Shown here: in pieces, positions 16,472-25,800 of the stretch
Layout: each line of letters starts with the position of its first letter
How positions within the stretch are numbered: position 1 is the stretch's first letter
Source of the DNA: Calditrichota bacterium
GTDB taxonomy: Bacteria > Calditrichota > Calditrichia > Calditrichales > J004
Length of the DNA: 64,000 bases
Direction: 5' to 3'
NCBI GenBank assembly: GCA_003696775.1
Contig: RFFS01000015.1
Span: forward strand, 10,386 to 74,385
The notes under the pieces: generated by a model
The model's input: the letters and a program-made list of their open reading frames with translations, nothing else
Databases searched by the model: none
Told to the model about the DNA's origin: nothing
Position numbers and translations under genes: made by a program

Positions 16472-19400
16472 ATGAGTTCTGTTTACGAACAAATTGCAAA
16501 CCTGCCCCCCGAAAAACGGGCGGTTTTGGAAATGATGTTACAGGAACAGGGTGTGGACCTGAGTCAGATGCCTATTTTGCCCGGGTCCGGTGACACCAGC
16601 GATTATCCGCTGTCATTTGCTCAGCAGCGTTTATGGTTTTTGGATCAACTGGAACCCGGATCGGCATTATATAATATCTGTTCGCCGGTACGCCTGCGTG
16701 GTAATTTGGATACCGACACCTTACACACTTCACTGGAAACCATCGTCCGGCGACATGCCGTTTTACGCACCACCTTTTACAAGGATGGCGCCGAACCCCG
16801 CCAAAAGGTACATGATGATATCCCCCTGAATTTCAAAATCATCGAATCATCCGATCCTGAAAAAATAAACGATCTGATCCGGGATGAAGCAGCCTACTCA
16901 TTCAACCTGGAACAGGAAGCGCCTGTCCGCATTCGTTTGTTTGTATTCGGACCAACGGATCATCTGTTGGTGGTCACCCTCCACCATATAGTTTCCGATA
17001 ACTGGTCAACCGGTGTGTTGATTCGTGAATTCATGGAATTGTATAATCAATCGCATCAAGGGCAAACACCTCAACTGACACCTTTAAAAGTGCAGTATGG
17101 TGATTTTGCCGCCTGGCAACGCAAATGGCTCAGTGGCAAAACCCTGGAACGGGAAGTAGCCTATTGGAAAGAAAAATTAGAGGGCTTGCCTCCTTTTTTG
17201 GATTTGCCCACCGATTTTCCACGACCGGCCTATCAAACGCATAATGGCGCGGCACAAAAACGTACGCTGGAAGCATCAACCGTTTCGGCACTGCGCTCCC
17301 TGGCCGATCAGAATGATGCAACCTTGTTTATGGTTTTAACAGCGGTATTTGAAGTTTTGCTATATCATTATAGCAAGCAAGATGATTTTGCCATAGGCAC
17401 ACCGATCGCTAACCGCAACCGGGTGGAAACGGAAGCCCTGATCGGTTTTTTCATAAATACTCTGGTGATCCGCGCGGATTTACAGGATATGCCAACGGTG
17501 AAAACACTACTGCAAAAAGTACGCGCTACCCTGCTCGAAGCCTATGCCCATCAGGATGTCCCTTTTGAGACCCTGGTGGAAAAACTCGATCCCGAACGCA
17601 GTATGAGCCATTCGCCGCTGTTTCAGACAATGATTGTATTAAACAATGCCCCGGTGGATACATTGAAACTTTCGGGACTCGAGCTGGAATTGCTTCATGC
17701 GGAAGACACTTCAAGTAAATTCGATCTGATCTTTAATTTTTATGAAGAAGAGGATCATATTTCCACTAAAGTCGAATACAATACCGATTTATTCCGTTCG
17801 GATACCATTACGCGCATGATCGACCACTTTCAACGACTGGCTTGCTGGATGGCTGAACATGCCGACACGTCAATTGACCGGGCCCGGCTCATGTCCACGG
17901 AAGAAGAGAGCGCCCTGTTGCAACAACTTGCGCGAAACGAAAGGATACTCCATTCCGAATCCTTACTGACGGATCTGATCCTGCAACAATGTAAGGTGCA
18001 GGGTGCCAAAGTAGCCTTAAAAAACGCGGAACATAGCCTGGATTATGCCGGTCTGGCACAGAGTATCCACGCCGTAAACACAATGTTAGCCGCAAAAAAC
18101 ATAACATCCGGTGATGTGGTGGCTGTTATGGCCCGCAGGCATCCGCTGACTGTGGCGGCCATGTTGGGCATCATGGCCCGGGGCGCTGTATTTTTGCCCC
18201 TGGACCCCGCCTATCCTGCTGAACGCCTGCGTTTTATGCTGGAAGACAGCGGCACACAATGGATATTATCGAATGATCCCACATCGCCAATCGAACTACA
18301 GCTTGTGGCCGGGCGTCCCTTGGAAATATTGGAAATACCCACTACCGCACCCGAAAAATTACCTGACATCGCGCGGACACCCGAAGCTCAGGCATATCTG
18401 ATTTATACATCAGGATCCACCGGACACCCCAAAGGGGTACGGGTCAACCAACAGGCCATCACCGACCACAGCGTGGATATGAAAAACTATTTTGAACTGA
18501 ATGAAAACGACGTAACATTACAATTCGCCGCCATGAATTTTGACGCGGCGCTGGAACAGCTATTTAGCCCCTTGCTGGCCGGCGCAACCGTGATCCTACG
18601 CGATGATGATATCTGGGCGCCGGAAATATTTTGCGACAAAATCAACGAACTGGGACTGACGGTTATCAACCCAACGACCGCTTACTGGAATCAATGGTGC
18701 GCCCATTTACCCGATAAAGACCACACGGGCTGTCCATCTCTGCGCCTTGTTATTTCCGGTGGCGATGCCATGCAACCTGCCGCCCTGGAAAAATGGCGGC
18801 ACTCATCATTAAGCAAAGTGCGGCTGATCAACGCGTACGGACCCACGGAAACCGTCATAACGGCAAGCTGTTATGATGTACCATCCGATGCACAGGCCCT
18901 GAAAGCCTATTATACTTTGCCCATCGGAACGGTAAACGCCAACCGTCATGCTTATATATTAGACGCTTCCGGACATTTGGCCCCACAGGGCATTCCCGGC
19001 GAACTCTGTATTGGCGGGACCAATGTAGCCATGGGGTACCATAACCGCCCGGAAGAAGAAGCCCGCGTCTTTGTCAACGATCCCTTTCATAAAGGTCGCC
19101 GTATGTATCGCACGGGTGATAAAGCACGCCTGGCCGCGGACGGCATGCTGGAATTTCTGGGGCGTATCGACCAACAGGTAAAAATACGCGGTTTTCGCGT
19201 GGAACCCGGTGAAATTGAATCCATACTGGCCGGTCATCCCGATTTGAGCGCCGTGGCGGTAGCGGTAAAGGAAGACGCCTTGGGCGAAAAACAACTGGTG
19301 GGGTATTTCATCCCCAAGGCAGGCAGTCAACCGGCCATACACGATCTGCGTGCTTTTATGCAAAGTCAATTACCCGCGTACATGGTGCCGGCGGCATTCA

Positions 19401-19825
19401 TCCAAATGGACACATTTCCCACATTGCCGGGCGGCAAAATCAATCGCCGCGCCTTGCCTGTTCCGGAAGACCTGCGCAGTCAGTTGAGCGCCGAATATGT
19501 GGCGCCGCGAACGGAAACGGAAGAGCAACTGGCCGCGATTGTGGCAAATGTGTTGCGCATCGAGAAAGTGGGCATACACGACAATTTTTTCGAACTCGGC
19601 GGTCATTCCATGCTCGGCACACAGGTCATGAGCACCATCCGCGAAACTTTCGGCGTGGAAATTCCCCTGCGCACCCTTTTTGAAAGCCCCACGGTGGAGG
19701 GCATAGCCCTGGCCATTACCGAAGCGTTGGCAGCCGGCATGGATAACGAAGAACTGGCCGGGATGCTGGATGAACTGGATGATTTATCCGATGATGAATT
19801 AAACGCCATGTTAAATGAAGAATAA
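16472..19825 (+). CDS. NRPS, one module (1117 aa): C-A-T with docking-like termini
   Basis: ORF-track ORF. C1 motif YPLSFAQQRLWFLDQ, HHIVSDNWS, A YTSGSTGHPKGV...GGKINRRALP, T FFELGGHSM, acidic C-terminal tail DELDDLSDDELNAMLNEE. Confidence 0.93.
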   Translation: MSSVYEQIANLPPEKRAVLEMMLQEQGVDLSQMPILPGSGDTSDYPLSFAQQRLWFLDQLEPGSALYNICSPVRLRGNLDTDTLHTSLETIVRRHAVLRTTFYKDGAEPRQKVHDDIPLNFKIIESSDPEKINDLIRDEAAYSFNLEQEAPVRIRLFVFGPTDHLLVVTLHHIVSDNWSTGVLIREFMELYNQSHQGQTPQLTPLKVQYGDFAAWQRKWLSGKTLEREVAYWKEKLEGLPPFLDLPTDFPRPAYQTHNGAAQKRTLEASTVSALRSLADQNDATLFMVLTAVFEVLLYHYSKQDDFAIGTPIANRNRVETEALIGFFINTLVIRADLQDMPTVKTLLQKVRATLLEAYAHQDVPFETLVEKLDPERSMSHSPLFQTMIVLNNAPVDTLKLSGLELELLHAEDTSSKFDLIFNFYEEEDHISTKVEYNTDLFRSDTITRMIDHFQRLACWMAEHADTSIDRARLMSTEEESALLQQLARNERILHSESLLTDLILQQCKVQGAKVALKNAEHSLDYAGLAQSIHAVNTMLAAKNITSGDVVAVMARRHPLTVAAMLGIMARGAVFLPLDPAYPAERLRFMLEDSGTQWILSNDPTSPIELQLVAGRPLEILEIPTTAPEKLPDIARTPEAQAYLIYTSGSTGHPKGVRVNQQAITDHSVDMKNYFELNENDVTLQFAAMNFDAALEQLFSPLLAGATVILRDDDIWAPEIFCDKINELGLTVINPTTAYWNQWCAHLPDKDHTGCPSLRLVISGGDAMQPAALEKWRHSSLSKVRLINAYGPTETVITASCYDVPSDAQALKAYYTLPIGTVNANRHAYILDASGHLAPQGIPGELCIGGTNVAMGYHNRPEEEARVFVNDPFHKGRRMYRTGDKARLAADGMLEFLGRIDQQVKIRGFRVEPGEIESILAGHPDLSAVAVAVKEDALGEKQLVGYFIPKAGSQPAIHDLRAFMQSQLPAYMVPAAFIQMDTFPTLPGGKINRRALPVPEDLRSQLSAEYVAPRTETEEQLAAIVANVLRIEKVGIHDNFFELGGHSMLGTQVMSTIRETFGVEIPLRTLFESPTVEGIALAITEALAAGMDNEELAGMLDELDDLSDDELNAMLNEE
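18036..19460 (+). other. Adenylation domain, unassigned code DAENIGAITK (acidic pocket residue; basic substrate suspected)
   Basis: FDAALEQ (D,A,E), VINPTT (N), VISGGD (I,G), NAYGPTETVIT (A,I,T). Shares D-A-E-x-I-G with the Lys code DAESIGSVCK as I recall it. Confidence 0.35.
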
Positions 19826-19845
19826 AAAGGATACGGCTTCTTTAT

Positions 19846-22800
19846 ATGAGTGATATTTCTAAAAAGCTGCAAAATCTGACACCGGAACAACGGGAACTGT
19901 TACTAAAAAAGCTGCGGGCCAAAAAAGCACAACAACAAACAACCCCGGAGACGGGTATTCCGAAGCGTCCGGAAAGTGCCGGCTATCCCCTGTCCCATGC
20001 CCAGGAACGGCTATGGTTCTTTGATCAACTGGCGCCCGGCAGCGCCTTATATAACATCAGCGCGGCTGTTTTATTCAGCGGCAGACTCGACACCCTAGCC
20101 CTCGAAAAAAGCATTCAAGCCGTGGTGGAACGTCATCAGGTGTTACGTGTCGCGTTTAAAACCGAAAACGGCGCGCCCGTTCAGGAACTCAACAAAAACC
20201 TTACCATCCCGCTTCAGGTAACCTCCGCTGACGGTCGCCCGCTGGAAGAGATCGCAGCCGAAGAAGCCCAAACACCATTCGATCTTACCCGCGCGCCGTT
20301 GCTGCGTGCCCGTTTAATCACACTCGACGATGAACGCAACGCGCTTTTACTAACCATCCATCATATCGTTGCCGATGGCTGGTCCATGGGGGTCTTCATC
20401 AACGAAACAGCCCGATTCTATCGCCGTTTTACGGGCGATGAGTCGGTTACGGTCGATCCGTTACCCATCCAATACTTCGACTATGCCCATTGGCAAAAAG
20501 AACGCATGGATCGTCCCGAACTAAAACAACAACTGGATTACTGGAGCGATGCCCTTAAAGGCATGCCGGTTCTTCTGGAACTCCCCCTGGATCATCCGCG
20601 CGGCGCGCTGCAAACATTTAAGGGGCGACACCATCATTTTACAATTGACTCAAAAACCACACAGGCCTTGCGTGATCTTTCCAGGCAAGAAGGCACAACT
20701 TTATTTATCACTCTGTTGGCCGCTTTCCAAACCCTGCTATATCGTTATGCCAATCAGGATGATTTTGGCGTGGGCATTCCCATAGCCAACCGTAATAAAA
20801 AAGAATTGGAAGCCCTTATCGGCTTTTTTGTCAACACACTGGTCATCCGCGCCCAACCCCGCGCCGACCAAACATTTGGCGCATTTCTTCAACAGGTCAG
20901 GCAAACCGCTTTCCGGGCATACGATAATCAGGATATCCCCTTTGAAAAAGTTGTGGAACGGGTTCAACCTAATCGCGATAATCAGGTTGCTCCTTTATTT
21001 CAGATGATGTTTGAACTTCAGGGTGACGCCCTCGGCGGCTTGAATTTTGGCAATCTAACACTGGAAAACATTCCCTTCGAAACGGGCACGGCCAAATTTG
21101 ACCTGCTGTTAATTATGGAAGAAAGCCGTGAAACACTCGGCGGCATCATGGAATATAATGCCGATTTATTCGAATCTTCCACGATTGAAAGGATGATGGG
21201 ACATTTTACACACATACTGAAACAGGTCGCCCGCCATCCCGATACACCTTTATCCGCCATCCGTTTGTTGGACGAAAAAGAGCAACGCCATATCCTGAAG
21301 GATTGGAACGATACGGCTGTGCCCTACCCCGCAAAGCCCTTTATCCATCAATATACAAAGCAACATGCACTAAAACGTCCCGGTCATCCCGCCCTTGTTT
21401 ATGATGAAGGCATTATGGATTACGCGCGTTTTGAGGCCCTGACCAACAAACTGGCCCATGCTTTGATCAAAATGGGCATAAGTTGTGACGACCGTATAGG
21501 CGTTTGCATGGAACGCGCTCCGGAAATGGTGATCGCCCTGCATGGCATCCTAAAAGCCGGCGGTGCTTATGTGCCATTTGATCCGCATCATCCGGAAGAC
21601 CGCCGCGCATTCATGATGGAAGATTCCGGTATCCGTTTGATGCTGACACAACCGGCTTTGCACCATTTATTTGATAATAAACCCATCGAATGCCTGGTGC
21701 TCGACAGAACTTTTGAAACCCTGGGTGATTATCCGGAAGATGAGCCGGGCATCAAGATAGACGGTGATCAATTGGCCTATATGATTTATACTTCCGGTTC
21801 CACCGGCAAGCCAAAGGGCACCCTTTTGGCCCATAAAAGCATCCTTAACCGCCTGCAATGGATGCAGGAGGCCTATAAGCTGACTCCGGACGATGTAGTT
21901 CTACAAAAAACACCCTACAGCTTTGATGTTTCGGTATGGGAATTTTTCTGGCCGTTTATGCAAGGCGCCACACTCGTGGTGGCCCGGCCGGAAGGTCATA
22001 AGGATACGGGATATTTAACCGATGTGATACGCCGACAAGGTGTAACCACCATGCATTTTGTTCCACCCATGCTTAAGGTATTTCTGGAAGACCCGGACAG
22101 CCGGTCCTGTGTTTCCCTTAAGCGGGTAATATGTTCCGGCGAGGCCTTGCCCTATGCCCTGAGTGAGAAATTTTACGAACAGTTACCCCGGGCTACCCTC
22201 TACAACCTGTATGGCCCCACGGAAGCCGCTGTGGATGTTACCGCCTATACATGTCCCGTAAAACGAGCTGACATGCGCTTGCCCATAGGCGTGCCCATAG
22301 CCAACACCGGCATTTACATACTCGACAAAGCCTTAAACCCTGTACCGCCGGGTGTGGGGGGCGAATTACATATCGCGGGCGTGCAGTTGGCCCGCGGCTA
22401 TGCCAACCGCCCTGATTTGACAGCGGAGAAATTTATACCCGACCCGTATTCCGAACAACCCGGCAGCCGTATGTACAAAACCGGTGATTTATGCCGCTAT
22501 CTTGACAACGGAGAAATCGAATACCTGGGACGTTTGGATCATCAGGTCAAGATTCGTGGTTTCCGTATTGAACTGGGCGAGATCGAGACCACTTTGCGCC
22601 AACATCCGGATATTCAAGATGCCCTGGTCCTGGCACGCGGTCAGGGTGAAGAGAAGACCTTAATCGCCTGGTATATCACACCTGACGGAGACGATCCGGG
22701 CAGCGAAAACTTATCTGTTCATTTACGTCAACATATGCCGGACTATATGGTGCCGTCGTTTTTCGTTAAAATCGATACCTTTCCACTGACCGCCAACGGA

Positions 22801-25800
22801 AAAATTGACCGCCGTGCCCTGCCCGATCCCAAGCGCGCCGTTCAAGAAAACAATGTGCGCTTTGTTTCGCCCCGAAACCGCCTGGAAGCCTACCTCGCCG
22901 AACAATGGAAGGATGTGCTCGGTGTGGACAAATTGAGCATGTATGATAATTTCTTTGATCTGGGGGGCAATTCCTTAAAAGCGGCCGTTTTGATAAACCG
23001 TTTGCAGGAAATCGTTAAAAAGCGGTTGCATGTCGGCATGGTTTTTCAGGCCCCGCGCATCGCGGAATTTGCCATGTTCGCCCAGGAATATTTTAGCGAG
23101 GATGTTCTGGAAAAATTCGGCCCCACATCCATTAAAAATCAGGATTATTTTAAAATCAGCAAAATATCCGCCGCTTATAATCTGAGTGATAACGAATTCG
23201 AAAAATTCCGATCCATAATCCACCCGATTTCCACACAAACCGTTAAGGCGCAACGTCAGGCCAAAAACCCGCCGGCCGTATTCATTTTGTCGCCGCCCCG
23301 TTCCGGTTCCACCCTGCTGCGGATCATGCTGGCGGGGCATAATAAATTGTTTTCCCCTCCGGAACTGGACCTGCTTTCTTTTAACACAATGAAAGAAAGA
23401 TATGAATTCTTTAAAGCCAATAAATTGGACCTGTGGCTCGAAGCGACCACCCATGCGCTAAAGGAAACCCTGCATCTTACCACCGAAGAGGCGGAAAAAC
23501 GCATGCGGGAAATCGTAGAACAGGACATGGCTGTTAAAGACTTTTATTATCTTCTTCAAAGCGAACTAAGGGATCGTCTGCTGGTGGATAAAACCCCCTC
23601 CTATGCCCTGGATGAAAACATTTTAAATAAAATGCTGCGGGATTTTGATAATCCCTATTTCATACATCTTTCCCGTCATCCTTATGCCATGATATATTCA
23701 TTTATAGAAGCGAAGCTGGATAAAAACTTCTTTAAATACAAACATAGCTATAACCGCCAGCAGCTTGCTGAATTGATCTGGACAACCAGCCATCAAAATA
23801 TCACGCATTTTTTGGAAAAGGTACCGGCCGATCGTCAGATTCATCTGCGTTTTGAAGATATTTTACAACACCCTGAAGCTGCCATGCGCCAGATTTGTGA
23901 TGTATTGAACATCGAATTTGATCCGGAGATGCTCCGCCCCTATCAGGGACAAAAGATGACCGAAGGCCTTAAAGACCATTCTCAAATGGTAGGCGATTTC
24001 AAATTCTATCTTCATCAGGATATCAACCGTAATGTGGCGGACAAATGGCGTTCCTTCCATAAGGAAGATTTTTTGGCGGATGTAACGGAAAATCTGGCTG
24101 AAAGTCTGGGCTATGTCCCTCAAACCGAACAGTTGGATAGAGGGCTGGTGAACAACGTCATTCAGGAGATAACACCTGTCGAACGGCAGACGTATATGCC
24201 CTTATCTTTTGCCCAGCAACGGTTGTGGTTTATAGATCAACTGGAACCCGGTTCCACGCAATATAATGTCCCCGGCGCGGTACGTATTCACGGCCCCATC
24301 GATGCGGAACGTTTCCGTGAAAGCATGCGCCTTCTTGTGGAACGGCATGAAATTTTACGTACCAGTTTCCATACGGTGGAAGGCCAGGGCATGCAAAAAA
24401 TTCACGCAACCATGCCCGTGCCGTTCAAAGTGATCGATTTAAGGCACCTGCCGGCTGATCAGGCGGAAAAAGAAGCGGCCCAAATGGTTTCAAAAATGAC
24501 CGCCACCGTGTTCCGTCTCGATACGTTGCCGCTGTTTAAAACATTTTTATACCGCCTGACCGATGATGAGGCCATCCTGTTGCTGATTGCCCATCATATC
24601 ATTACAGACGGGTGGTCCAATTCTATTTTTATACAAGAAATCAGCGATCATTACCAGGCGCTGGCCCGTTCCGGCGCATATCATGCGCCGCGCTTATCCG
24701 TTCAATATGTGGATGTGGCCGATTGGCAACACCGTTGGATCGAGTCGCAACATGCGCGCCAACAATTGGCCTACTGGCAAAAAGAGCTGGCGGACGCTCC
24801 GCCTCTACTCGAAATACCCACCGACTTTCCGCGTCACCCGCATCGAGATCGCAAAGGGCGCAGGCTTTACTTTTCATTGTCCCCGGACCTTTCACGGGCC
24901 ATTAGGCAGTGTTGTACAAAAAACGGGCAGACGGCATTTATGATGCTTGTGGCCGCCTTCAAAACCCTTATGCACCATTATGCCCGTCAGAACGATGTGC
25001 TGATAGGAACACCCGTGGCCGGACGTACCCGTAAGGAAATGGAAGAATTGATTGGCTTTTTTGTGAACACTTTGGTTTTGCGCACGGTTTTCCAATCTCA
25101 CGATCGTTTTAAGGATATCCTGGAACGGGTTCGGCATACGGTTTCCAACGCTCTTAAAAACCAGGATTATCCTTTTGACACCCTGCTCGAAGCACTAAAA
25201 ATTGAACGTCATCTGGAACACAGTCCCCTGTTTCAGGTGATGTTTGCCATGCAAAGCGATGATACCAGGGCATTCAGCGGAGACTTACGGGTAACCCCCT
25301 ATCAAACCGATACGGGTGCCGCCAAGTTCGACCTGATGCTGGAAATGTATGACAGTGATACCCTGCATGGTGTTTTTGAATACGATACTTCCCTTTTTCG
25401 CGAATCCACCATTGAGCGAATGAAAAATCATTTCCTTTTGCTGCTGGAAGTCGTCAGCAAACAACCGGATGCCCGGATCGGCAGCCTCTATTTTCTGACC
25501 GCCGGGGAAGAACAACGCATTCTGCATGACTGGAATGCCACCCACACCCCCTGGCCCGTCGATAAGATGATTCCGGAGCTAATCCGTGAACAGGCCCGGC
25601 GTACCCCAATGGCCCCGGCCCTGAAAGATGCGCACAAAACCTATACCTACGCCGAATTTGACTCGAACGTTTCACGTTGGGCGGCCTGTCTGAAAAACAA
25701 AGGTCTTAAAACAGAACAACGTGTCGGTATTTACATGCAACGCTCCGCGGACCTTGTACTGGCCTTGCACGCGGTGATGCGCGCCGGAGGTGTTTATGTA

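Noticed and set aside
23080-23268. Possible extra tailoring domain in the T-to-ST linker
   Set aside because: It spans only about 60 residues with no recognisable cofactor-binding or catalytic motif, so it is treated as an interdomain linker.
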